From NCBI GenBank assembly GCA_963841435.1, contig CAWJCS010000002.1, forward strand, positions 768,001 through 832,000: 64,000 nucleotides of DNA. Direction: 5' to 3'. The DNA is from an uncultured delta proteobacterium. Lineage in GTDB: Bacteria > Myxococcota_A > Polyangia > Polyangiales > Polyangiaceae. Shown here piece after piece: positions 10,110-18,738 of this stretch (within the stretch, counting starts at the first letter, position 1; each line of letters opens with the position of its first letter). Position numbers and translations under genes: made by a program. Below the pieces are notes generated by a model, which ran no database searches, was not told the DNA's origin, and was given only the letters and a program-made list of their open reading frames with translations.

Positions 10110-10751
10110 TCAGGCGGCGCGCGCCCGCGACAGCGCGGCGCTGACGCTGCGCGCCGCTTTTTCGATCGCTTCGAGGCTCCCGCTGGCCAGGGCGCCACCC
10201 ATCCCGACGGCGACGGCCCCGGCCGCGAGCCAGTCGCCGAGGTTCGTCGCGTCGACGCCGCCCGTGGGCATGAGCGGGATGTGGGGGAGGGGGCCGCGTA
10301 GCGCCTTGACGTAAGACGGTCCGACGGCCGAGCCCGGAAAGAGCTTCACGCAGGCCGCACCCGCCCGGTGGGCGCGCACGATCTCGGTGGGCGTCAGCGC
10401 ACCCGGCAAGTACGGAATGCGCCGCTCACGCGCGGCGAGCGCGAGTGTCTCGTCGAAGTGCGGGCTCACGAGGAAGCTCGCGCCGGCGTTGGTGGCGGCT
10501 TCGAGCTCGGCGAGGTCGAGCACGGTCCCCGCCCCGACGAGGGCACCCGGCAGCTCCCGTTTCGTACGGGCGATGGCATCGGGAGCACCCGGAGTCGAAA
10601 ACGTGATTTCGATCCCGAGCACACCGCCGCGCACGAGCGCCTCGCTCATCGCGACGGCGGCGTCCGCCGATGCGGCGCGGATCACGGCGACGACGCCGAC
10701 GCTTCGGAGGCGCTCGACGAACGGGCTGGAGAGCTTCGTGTCCGGGGGCAT
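10110..10751 (-). CDS. eda: KDPG/KHG aldolase
   Basis: VVAVIR, IEITF, GAGTVL, FLVSPH, PGALTPTEI, VKLFPG, MPTGGV; likely ATG at 10751. Confidence 0.9.
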   Translation of the reverse strand: MPPDTKLSSPFVERLRSVGVVAVIRAASADAAVAMSEALVRGGVLGIEITFSTPGAPDAIARTKRELPGALVGAGTVLDLAELEAATNAGASFLVSPHFDETLALAARERRIPYLPGALTPTEIVRAHRAGAACVKLFPGSAVGPSYVKALRGPLPHIPLMPTGGVDATNLGDWLAAGAVAVGMGGALASGSLEAIEKAARSVSAALSRARAA

Positions 10752-10843
10752 GCTCGGGCGGCTCGGCCTCGCGATATAATGCCGAAAACGCCCCCGGCCG
10801 ATCGCCCGGGGCTCCAATTTCTGCGCTGCCGCCGCTTTTGTGC

Positions 10844-11716
10844 TCAGCCGGCGCTGCCGGAGTCGAACAGAAGTCGGTAAAGCACCCGGACCTCGCGCCC
10901 CGGTGCTTGGGGGAAGGACAGGGCGTAGAAGCCCTCGGCGACACAGTTGACGAGCGGTCCGTCGTCGAGCTCGGAGCCCGCGTCGCGCACGCTCGCGACG
11001 CTGCCGTCGGCGCCGATCACGAAGCGCAAGCGGACGACGCCGGAAAGCCCGGGGTGGCGTTCGAGCGCCGAGCGGTAGCAATGCGCGAACAAACCGAAGT
11101 TTGCCTCGACGATGTCGTCGACCGCGCGCGGCTCCATGAACCCTGGCGACGACGACTCGATGCTCACGCCCTTCTCGTGCTCTTGCGACTCGCGCTCGGC
11201 GCTCTTCTTTGCGCTCCCTCGGTGCTTGGCTTTCTCCTCGTCGGGAGGTGGCGGCACGAACAGCCGCGATACGAACGTCCAGCGTGCCTCGGCGGGCGAC
11301 TCGCGCTCACCGAAGTGAAGGCTCTCGATCTGCTCGCCCAGGCACTGCCCGACGATGGGCAGCGCCCCTATCTGCTTCTCGACCTCGGCGCTCCGCGCGA
11401 CGCCTGACGGGTCCACGCGCCAGCGCAGACGCAGCACGCTCTTTGCGTCGGTCGCGCCGAGATCGAAGCAAGCGTGCAAGGAAGCTTCGTTCCCCCTGAG
11501 GGCGGTCAGAACGGCGCGCGGCTCCAGGGTACCGGCGGGCGAAGGGCTCCGGGTCCTCGAGGCGGCGGTGCTCGGCGGGGGGGCCTCGCCCCCGCACGCC
11601 GCTGCCACGAGGGCGCTCGCGCCGGCGACGACCGCAGGCCAGGCGACGGGAGCGCAGCGCATCTCGGCGGTCGCTCTCCACCATGGCGCCCGGGGCGAAG
11701 CAAGCCCCCTGGCCAC
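10844..11716 (-). CDS. Lipoprotein with two AgmX/PglI (TonB-C-like) domains
   Basis: Lipobox-like AAAC. Two repeats of the pattern C(F/Y)...L.GxVxLRFVIxxDGSV...CV..F..LxF(P). Start position uncertain. Confidence 0.7.
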   Translation of the reverse strand: MARGLASPRAPWWRATAEMRCAPVAWPAVVAGASALVAAACGGEAPPPSTAASRTRSPSPAGTLEPRAVLTALRGNEASLHACFDLGATDAKSVLRLRWRVDPSGVARSAEVEKQIGALPIVGQCLGEQIESLHFGERESPAEARWTFVSRLFVPPPPDEEKAKHRGSAKKSAERESQEHEKGVSIESSSPGFMEPRAVDDIVEANFGLFAHCYRSALERHPGLSGVVRLRFVIGADGSVASVRDAGSELDDGPLVNCVAEGFYALSFPQAPGREVRVLYRLLFDSGSAG

Positions 11717-11764
11717 GAGGCCTGGGGGCCTTCACGATGCAGAGCTTCGTGCTAAAAAATTCCG

Positions 11765-13078
11765 ATGAGGACCATTCTTAATGGCTTTTGGCTGACGAGC
11801 TTCGGGGCGCTTTCGCTCCTGGCATGCAGCGCGGGCGAAAAGCCTCCCGGGGGCGACGGCATTGGCAATGGTGGCACCTCCGGGTCGAGCGGTGGGACGC
11901 TCGCCGTCGGTGGGAGCAGCGCGTCCGGGGGGACGGGCGGGAGCGCGGGCGGCTCCGGCGGCAGCATCAGCGTGGGCGGCGCGGGCACGGGCGCCATGGG
12001 TGGCATGGGGGGTATCTGCCAGGAGCTCAGCGTCATTCCCACGCCCCAGGTCCCGGCCGTCATGCTCGTCGTCGACACGTCGTCGAGCATGTGGCGCGAC
12101 ACGACTCCTCAGGCCTGGCCCATCCTCCACACGGCGCTCATGGATCCGGCCAATGGCGTCGTCTACGCCCTGAAGGACAAGATCCGCTTCGGCTTCGAGA
12201 GCTACAAGGGCACGGCCAGCTCGAGCGCGGAGTGCGCCGAGTTCTCGAAGGTGCCGCCCGCGCTCGACAACGCCGACGCCATCGAGGCGGCCTATGGCGC
12301 CATCGACTACCCGATCGATCAGCCCAAGTGGGACACGCCGACGCACTACGCCATCGACACCGCCGTCGCCGATCTCGCGGCGTACATGCCCGACCCACCC
12401 GGTCCCAAGTTCATCCTGCTCGTCACCGACGGCAATCCGGACACCTGTGACAACTTCGATCCGAACTGCGGTCACGACCTCGCCATCAAGGCCGCGCAGG
12501 ACGCCTACGCCGCGGGTGTCGGCCTCTACGTGCTCGGTGTGGGCGACATCGTCGTCAACGGCAACAGCGGCTGTGCCACCTCCGCGCGCTGCGGGCTGCT
12601 CCATTTGCAGGACATGGCGAACGCCGGCGTCGGTGCCGACGTCCAGGCGCCGCCCGGTTGCGTCGATCCGAGCGATCCGGGCTGCGGCTTCAAATACGAG
12701 GCGTGCAACAACAACACGCTGCTCTCGAGCTACGTCGAAACCGCGCCCGCCGTCGGCACCGCCTACACGGTTGACACGACGGCCGGCAATGCACCGGATA
12801 CGCTCGTGACCACGCTCACTGGCCTGTTGAACAACGTGATCTCGTGCACCGTCGAGCTCGACGCCGTGGTGACCGGCAACCCGGCGCTCGGCATGGTCAC
12901 CGTCGGCGGCAGTCCCGTCGCTTACAACGACCCCGACGGCTGGATGCTCGACATGACCACGCTCTACGACGTTACCCTGACGGGTGCAGCGTGCGCCACG
13001 TTCAAGAGCGGCGCTCCCCTCGACATCAAGTTTCCCTGCGACCCGCTGACGGGCAAGCCGGTTGCGGAGCCGCGGTGA
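11765..13078 (+). CDS. VWA-domain lipoprotein (CglB-like family)
   Basis: Lipobox LLAC, Gly/Ser linker, MIDAS residues VVDTSSSM...TPT...LVTDG, Cys-rich C-terminus. Confidence 0.8.
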   Translation: MRTILNGFWLTSFGALSLLACSAGEKPPGGDGIGNGGTSGSSGGTLAVGGSSASGGTGGSAGGSGGSISVGGAGTGAMGGMGGICQELSVIPTPQVPAVMLVVDTSSSMWRDTTPQAWPILHTALMDPANGVVYALKDKIRFGFESYKGTASSSAECAEFSKVPPALDNADAIEAAYGAIDYPIDQPKWDTPTHYAIDTAVADLAAYMPDPPGPKFILLVTDGNPDTCDNFDPNCGHDLAIKAAQDAYAAGVGLYVLGVGDIVVNGNSGCATSARCGLLHLQDMANAGVGADVQAPPGCVDPSDPGCGFKYEACNNNTLLSSYVETAPAVGTAYTVDTTAGNAPDTLVTTLTGLLNNVISCTVELDAVVTGNPALGMVTVGGSPVAYNDPDGWMLDMTTLYDVTLTGAACATFKSGAPLDIKFPCDPLTGKPVAEPR

Positions 13079-13950
13079 GACGACACCTGGCTTTCGGCGC
13101 GGCACTTTCGACGCTCGCGATCGGAGCCTACGTCTCGTTTCGCGATGCACCGCCCGTGCACGCCGAAAAGCTCGCGCCTCCGCCCCCCGCGGGGACCGCC
13201 CGGAGCGCGAAGGCCTCCGCTCCCGAAAAGGGCCCGCCCGCCTGCCCCGCCGAGATGGCGCCCACCGGCGACGCATGCATCGATCGCTGGGAAGCGAGCC
13301 TCGAAAGGCCGGTGCCCGGCGGCGCCCCGGCCCCGTTTCCACCTTACAAGCGGCCGAAGAGCGACAGGCTCGTCGCGCGCTCGCGCCCCGGCGGGCGACC
13401 CCAGGCTTACGTGAGCCGCATCGAGGCGGCGAGCGCCTGCGAGAACGCCGGCAAGAGGCTCTGCTCGGTGTCCGAGTGGTATCGCGCGTGCCGGGGCAGC
13501 GCGGACACGCTGTACCCCTACGGTCCAGCGTTCCTTCGCGGTCGCTGCAACGTCGGTCGCCCGCACCTGCTCTCCATCCTCCACGGCAACGATCCCAAGC
13601 GCTGGCGCTACGAGGAAGATTTCAACGACCCGGCCCTCGACCAGCGCCCGGGCTTCCTCGCCGCGACGGGCGCCTTCTCGGGCTGCGTCAACGACGCGGG
13701 CGTGTTCGACCTCGTCGGCAACTTGCACGAATGGGTTTCGGATTCGGTCAACCGATCGCTCCCCGGCAAGCTCCCCCTCACCCCCGGCATTCGCGCTCGT
13801 CTACACGCCAATCAAGGCAAGGGGATCTTCATGGGCGGCTTCTTCAGCACGACCGACCAGCACGGCGAGGGCTGCAACTTCGTCACCATGGCGCACGAGC
13901 CCGGGTACCACGACTATTCGACTGGTTTCAGGTGCTGCCGGGACTTGTGA
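13075..13950 (+). CDS. Formylglycine-generating-enzyme (SUMF1/FGE-sulfatase) domain protein
   Basis: GTGA overlap with the VWA gene. CIDRWE, GKRLCSVSEWYRAC, YPYG, GVFDLVGNLHEWV, TGFRCC. Confidence 0.85.
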   Translation: MRRHLAFGAALSTLAIGAYVSFRDAPPVHAEKLAPPPPAGTARSAKASAPEKGPPACPAEMAPTGDACIDRWEASLERPVPGGAPAPFPPYKRPKSDRLVARSRPGGRPQAYVSRIEAASACENAGKRLCSVSEWYRACRGSADTLYPYGPAFLRGRCNVGRPHLLSILHGNDPKRWRYEEDFNDPALDQRPGFLAATGAFSGCVNDAGVFDLVGNLHEWVSDSVNRSLPGKLPLTPGIRARLHANQGKGIFMGGFFSTTDQHGEGCNFVTMAHEPGYHDYSTGFRCCRDL

Positions 13951-14002
13951 CCGGGCCGAGTCGGGGCGCGACCCAGGCGAGGACGCGCGTCGCTGCTGCG
14001 GG

Positions 14003-14317
14003 TCACTGTTTGCAGTGCTGGAGCAGCTCGTCTATGTCTTTGTCGAGCTGAATCAGCGCCGGACACTCCTCGGCCGACGGCTCGCCGTGACACGGATGGT
14101 CGGACGGGTTCAGGCAGCACTCGACCCTCGCCTTTTTCATCGCGGCACCCGTCATCTTCTCGATCTCACTTTCGCAGGGCGAGTGGTTCTCGCACGTGGC
14201 GACCGAGAACAGCACCAGAGCGAGGGCGACACCCCGCGCGAGGAAAAGGACCGTCGGTAAAACGTCCCACGAAGGAACATCGCAACTCTGTGCGACGATG
14301 TGAAGCGGTCTCTCCAT
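14003..14317 (-). CDS. Small Cys-containing secreted/lipoprotein, hypothetical
   Basis: Hydrophobic segment ending VATC, followed by a short Cys-rich domain; directly downstream of the WYL gene. Confidence 0.45.
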   Translation of the reverse strand: MERPLHIVAQSCDVPSWDVLPTVLFLARGVALALVLFSVATCENHSPCESEIEKMTGAAMKKARVECCLNPSDHPCHGEPSAEECPALIQLDKDIDELLQHCKQ

Positions 14318-15375
14318 CTGTCACTTGCGCTTCGGACGCTCCCTTGCTCTACACCCCGCCCATCTCGCGATCCGTGAGAACGTCGCGGCGCGCGCGCCGT
14401 CGATTTTTGTGCGCGTGTCTTGGCGGGCCCTGGCGCCGCCCGGTAGCGGCCGGCCGCACGCGCGAGCTCGCGGGCGACGGCCTGGCGCAGCTCCGGCGGG
14501 TGCACGGCTTCGGCTCCTGCTCCCCAGCCGAGCACCCAGCGCATCGCTTCGACCAGGCCGCTCACCTCGGCCTCCACGAGGACGGAGCCGTCGCGAGCCG
14601 TGGTGACGCGCTGCCCGGGAAGCGGATACTCGGCGGCGAGCCAGCCCACCTGCGGGTCGAGTCGCACCCCCACCCGCACGAGGTCGCCCGACCAGGCCTT
14701 CAGCGAGTGCGCGAAGGCGTCCGTGACCGTCTGGCCACGGTACGTCGCCCGCTGGTCCGAGAGCCGGATGCTCGTGATGCGGGCAAGCTTGTAAGTGCGC
14801 TCCGCCCGGCGCTCGACGCAGTACGCGCGCACGTACGGCTCGCCACGGACCAGCCGGACCTCGATGGGCTCGATGTGAACCGTGGTCGGCCTGCCCGCAC
14901 GCGACGCCGCACGATATTCGACCAGCGCGCGGCGCCGCGAGCGGCGCGCCGCGTCCATCACCTTGAGCACGTCGGGGCGCGTGGGCGGCACGGGCGCAAG
15001 GCGGAGCGACTGCTGCGGCTCGGGGGGGCGGAGCTTTTCGAGTAGCGCGTCGAGCTCGGTGACGACCTCCGTCCCTGTGAGCGGCTCGAGGCTCTGACGG
15101 GCGAGAAAGAGAGCCGCAATCTGCAGCGGCGTGAGGCCGAGCGCCGGCAGCTCGCTCGTCCCGAGCAGCCGGTGCCGCGCCCCCTCGCCACGACCCTCGG
15201 CCGTGAGGGGGACCCCCGCTTCGTTCAACAGCGAGAGGTAGCGGTACACCGTTGCGCGCGCGGCGCCGGTCACCGCTTGGAGCTCGGCCAACGTGAGCCC
15301 GCGCTTGCTCCCGGCGAGCGCCGACACCAGCTGCCACTGGCGGATGAGCATGTCGCGGTAGCGCTTGCTGGCCAT
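14152..15375 (-). CDS. HTH-WYL-WCX transcriptional regulator (PafB/PafC/YafY-like)
   Basis: N-terminal wHTH (GLTLAELQAVTGAARATVYRYL), WYL region (IEPIEV..GEPYVRAYC..RAERTYKLARI), WCX region (RWVLGWGAGAEAVHPPELR). The last ~70 aa look like read-through, so the real end may be near 14350. Confidence 0.85.
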   Translation of the reverse strand: MASKRYRDMLIRQWQLVSALAGSKRGLTLAELQAVTGAARATVYRYLSLLNEAGVPLTAEGRGEGARHRLLGTSELPALGLTPLQIAALFLARQSLEPLTGTEVVTELDALLEKLRPPEPQQSLRLAPVPPTRPDVLKVMDAARRSRRRALVEYRAASRAGRPTTVHIEPIEVRLVRGEPYVRAYCVERRAERTYKLARITSIRLSDQRATYRGQTVTDAFAHSLKAWSGDLVRVGVRLDPQVGWLAAEYPLPGQRVTTARDGSVLVEAEVSGLVEAMRWVLGWGAGAEAVHPPELRQAVARELARAAGRYRAAPGPAKTRAQKSTARAPRRSHGSRDGRGVEQGSVRSASDRWRDRFTSSHRVAMFLRGTFYRRSFSSRGVSPSLWCCSRSPRARTTRPAKVRSRR

Positions 15376-15567
15376 CGAGCCCCTCGGCGAAACGTCCCGC
15401 CCGGTAGACGTGTGCCTACGCTAGCCGCCGAGGGCGAAGCCGGGCAACGGCTCTGCTCAGATCTGCTCCCAGGCGTCCGTCGCCACTGCTCATGCGTTCA
15501 ATGCCGCACGGAGTCCCGCGCCCGCCGCCCTCGACGACGAAACGCTCCGCGGCCCGTGCCTCGGGCC

Positions 15568-18333
15568 TTACCAGCGGTTGAAGTTGCCCGAGAGCGTCAG
15601 CGCCGTGAGCAGGCCGACGGTCGCGTTGTAGTAGGTGTACGCGGCATCCGATCCGCTGAGGAATGTCGGGTCCGCCGTGTAGAAGGCCGACATCAGGAAC
15701 TGCCAGGACTTGTCGACGAAGGCCTGGTTGCCCGCCGCCATCGCGCCGGCCGCCGCCGTGCCGATGATCGACATCGAGTTGTACGCGGCGTTGCCGCCGG
15801 TACCGCCGCCCGGCGCGTAGTAGATGTCGGCGATGCGGCCCATGCCGTTCGCGGCCTTGCCGGCGAAGAACGTCGTGGTCTTGCCGACGTAGGTCTTGGC
15901 GCCCGACGTGCCGTTCCAGCACGCGTCCAGGCCTATGCGCCAGGGCGTACGGTGCGAGTCGTACTGGTACATGGTCTCGTCGGTGTAGTTGAGGCCACCG
16001 GAGCCGGCCGTGCCGCAGTTGTTCGTGCACCACGCCGGGACGAGGCCCGTCGAGGCCCACGCGGAGTTGTTGACGAGGCTGATGGAGGTGTCGGCGACGG
16101 ACCCCCAGCCGTGGCCCGAGTTGACCTTGGCGAACTCGCGGTAGAACGCGGGTGCGAGGTACGACGGGTTCACGGGGTTGTTGCTCGAGAAGTTGCTGCC
16201 GCCCGTCGGCGTGTTGCTCTTGATGTCGCCGTTCCAGACGTCCGTGATGATGCCGGAAGCGCTGTATCCGCCCGACGTCCACTGCTTGCTCGCCATGAGC
16301 ACCGCGAACGCAGCGTCCTCGTCGGCGTCCGTCGCCGAGCCCGCGCCCTGCGTGCCGCCGCCGCTGTTGATCTGCCAGTTCATCAGCCCGCCGGCGACCG
16401 CGTGCGCCTTCCAGTACGTATAAAGACCGTCGAACAGCGTTTTGTCGTTCATGTAAACGGCGATCAGCATGCCGTAGGCGATGCCTTCGGACACCGAGTC
16501 GTTGCCGTTCTCGGGGCGCTGCACGCGCACGCCGCTGCCGGCGCCGTTCGCGGTGACGAACGTCGCCTTCCACTTCAGGTACGCCTCGATGAGGTGCTTG
16601 CCCTGCGCGCCCGTCGGCTTCACGCAGCCGTTGCTCGGCGCTTCGTCGCGCGGGAACGGATGGGCGGCGCCCGCCGTTTGCGTGTAGGTGGGCAGGCCCG
16701 CGTCGCCCGTGGTGAGCGCCACGTCGTCCACGTAGAGATCGTAGGCGCCCGAGGTCGAGAACTGATCGTAGAGCGCGAACTGGAGGCCGAGAGCGCTCGC
16801 GGGCTTGAACGAGGGCGCCTCGCAGTTCGTCGAGGCGCTCGAGCACCCCGTGGCGTTGTCGGCGGGCAAGTAGCGGGGCCCGAGCGTTGCGAAGGGCAGC
16901 GTCACGGTCTGCCAGGTGGTGCCGATGTTCGGGATCACCTTGCCACGCGTGTTGTACGCGTTGACGCCGCCGTTCAGCGCGGTGCCACCGGCATCGCCGC
17001 AAGCCGAGCCGTTGTTCGTGCACGACGGGCCCGGCTGGTTCTCTTTGGTGAGCATTTCGAACCAGATCGGCGGCTGGGTGCCGCTTCCCGACCGGATCTT
17101 GAAACTGACGCCGGTGTACATCGACAGGTCCACGGCGGCCTTGGCGTTGTCGGCCGTGCCCGTCGGGTGGAACGTCGCGCCGAAGCCCACGTAGTTCGGG
17201 TGGCCCGTGCACGTGGAGTGGAACGTCGAGGTCTGGCAGTTCCCCGCGGTGTCACCCGGCGGCAGGCCCGCCTTCATCACGGCCGCACCCGCCACCTTGG
17301 CCGGCGTTTGCGAGCCGCCGCCCGTATCGGCGAACACGTACCACCAGCCGTCCCGCCCCTCGGCCTTGTTGACCAACGCATCCGTGCCGGTCTCCTCGAA
17401 GTCCGCGATCAGCGACGACGCGGCCGGGCAACCCGGCGGGCGCCCCTCCGTCGAGCTGCACATGCCGCCGCTGCAGGTCGAGGGCGCCGTGCATGCCGCG
17501 CCGCAGGTGCCGCAGTTCGCGGCGTCGGTCATCGTGTCGACACAGCTGCCGCTGCACGCGGTCTCCCCCCCTGCGCAGCCGCACATGCCGTTGCTGCACC
17601 CCTGACCCATCGGGCAGGCCATGCCGCAGCCTCCGCAGTTGTTGGGGTCGTTGCCCATCGTGTTGACGCACGCGCCATTGCAGTCGGTCTTGTCGCAGGT
17701 AGCCGAGCAGGCACCGCCGGAGCAAAACGGCGTCGTGACGTTGCACGCCGTGCCACACATGCCCGTGCTGCTGCAGAACATGGCGCTCGAGCTCGGATCG
17801 ACGCAGGTCGGCGGAGTCCCGCAAGCGACGAGGGGCGGCGCACAAGCACAGGCGCCGTTCGTACACTGCTGCCCTGCGCCACACGCCATGGTGCAGTCGC
17901 CGCAATTGGCCTCGTCCGTCGCCGTATCGACGCAGGCGCCGCCGCAGGCCTTGTAGGTTGCCCCGAGGCCCGAGCACGAGCACATGCCGCTGACGCACTG
18001 TTGCCCCGCGCCGCACGCCATGCCGCACGAGCCGCAGTTCATGGTGTCGGCTTGGAGATCCGCGCAACCACTCGGGCACTGCATCTGCCCGGCCGCGCAT
18101 TGCACGACTCCACCGCTTCCACCCGCGCCGCTCTGAGCAGCGCCCCCCGCCGTGCCACCGGCGCCGCTCAGCGCGCCACCGGTGCCCGTGCCGGACGTGC
18201 CGCCAGCGCTGACGGTCCCGCCGCCGCCGCCGCTGCCTTTGTTGTTGCCGTCGTCGAGCGCCTTCGGCGCGCAGGCGAGGACGGCAAGTCCCACCGTGAT
18301 CGAAAGACAAACGAAGAGATCGCGAACTCCCAT
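15568..18333 (-). CDS. Modular GH8 endoglucanase-like lipoprotein: Gly linker, Cys-rich repeats, CBM11-like domain, GH8 catalytic domain
   Basis: ATG 18333 with lipobox VLAC. GH8 motifs DSVSEGIAYGML, SATDADEDAAFA, NPSYLAPAFYREF, YQYDSHRTPWRIGLD. CBM11-like VDLSMYTGVSFKIR...WQTVTLPF...LYVDDV. Confidence 0.85.
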   Translation of the reverse strand: MGVRDLFVCLSITVGLAVLACAPKALDDGNNKGSGGGGGTVSAGGTSGTGTGGALSGAGGTAGGAAQSGAGGSGGVVQCAAGQMQCPSGCADLQADTMNCGSCGMACGAGQQCVSGMCSCSGLGATYKACGGACVDTATDEANCGDCTMACGAGQQCTNGACACAPPLVACGTPPTCVDPSSSAMFCSSTGMCGTACNVTTPFCSGGACSATCDKTDCNGACVNTMGNDPNNCGGCGMACPMGQGCSNGMCGCAGGETACSGSCVDTMTDAANCGTCGAACTAPSTCSGGMCSSTEGRPPGCPAASSLIADFEETGTDALVNKAEGRDGWWYVFADTGGGSQTPAKVAGAAVMKAGLPPGDTAGNCQTSTFHSTCTGHPNYVGFGATFHPTGTADNAKAAVDLSMYTGVSFKIRSGSGTQPPIWFEMLTKENQPGPSCTNNGSACGDAGGTALNGGVNAYNTRGKVIPNIGTTWQTVTLPFATLGPRYLPADNATGCSSASTNCEAPSFKPASALGLQFALYDQFSTSGAYDLYVDDVALTTGDAGLPTYTQTAGAAHPFPRDEAPSNGCVKPTGAQGKHLIEAYLKWKATFVTANGAGSGVRVQRPENGNDSVSEGIAYGMLIAVYMNDKTLFDGLYTYWKAHAVAGGLMNWQINSGGGTQGAGSATDADEDAAFAVLMASKQWTSGGYSASGIITDVWNGDIKSNTPTGGSNFSSNNPVNPSYLAPAFYREFAKVNSGHGWGSVADTSISLVNNSAWASTGLVPAWCTNNCGTAGSGGLNYTDETMYQYDSHRTPWRIGLDACWNGTSGAKTYVGKTTTFFAGKAANGMGRIADIYYAPGGGTGGNAAYNSMSIIGTAAAGAMAAGNQAFVDKSWQFLMSAFYTADPTFLSGSDAAYTYYNATVGLLTALTLSGNFNRW

Positions 18334-18371
18334 GACCCGAGAACTCTTGCACGAGTTCGCGCGCTCGCCCA

Positions 18372-18385
18372 CGGGACCGGTCCCG
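18372..18385. promoter_or_regulatory. Perfect 14-bp palindrome CGGGACCGGTCCCG, candidate LacI-family operator
   Basis: Lies in the divergent GH8/ABC intergenic region, ~40 nt upstream of the GH8 start. Confidence 0.5.
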
Positions 18386-18523
18386 CACGCGGCAGGCTCG
18401 CCCCTGGCCCGGCCGCCCATCTTGCGAGAGCGAAAACTTGGCGTCTCGCCGGAGTGGCCGACGGGCCACCGCTCTCGGTGCCGCGTGGCGGGCTCCTTGC
18501 CAAAAATCCCTGGAATTTCGGTA

Positions 18524-18538
18524 AGAAACCGGTTCCAG
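18524..18538. promoter_or_regulatory. Candidate LacI-family operator AGAAACCGGTTCCAG
   Basis: Near-palindrome with central CG in the same divergent region; matches 62890-62903 at 12/14. Confidence 0.5.
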
Positions 18539-18738
18539 TGCCGCGCCTGCTGCGCAGCGTCATGCGGTAGGCTCGCCGAGCGCCACATTGCGCGCCGGGC
18601 AACCGCCGGGCGCTTCGCTTGACCCTACCCAGCCCTTCGCCTACGAGTCCGAGCGCCCCCATCCGACTCGTGGGTTTGCGCGGCGATTCGTCGGGTTTGT
18701 CGCCGCCCTCGGTCGGCCACCTCCACACCACGGAAAGA

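Noticed and set aside
13075-13950. FGE-domain protein as EgtB, linking to an EgtU-like transporter and methyltransferase (ergothioneine)
   Set aside because: No DinB-like HxxxH iron domain, it has an export signal, and the methyltransferase is not recognisably EgtD.
15172-18570. 1132-aa plus-strand ORF, and similar long ORFs at 18625..20547(-), 25678..27687(+), 28309..30012(+), 8331..9881(+), 11732..13342(-)
   Set aside because: Antisense shadows of well-supported genes; high GC3 bias suppresses stops; Arg/Ala-rich with no recognisable motifs.
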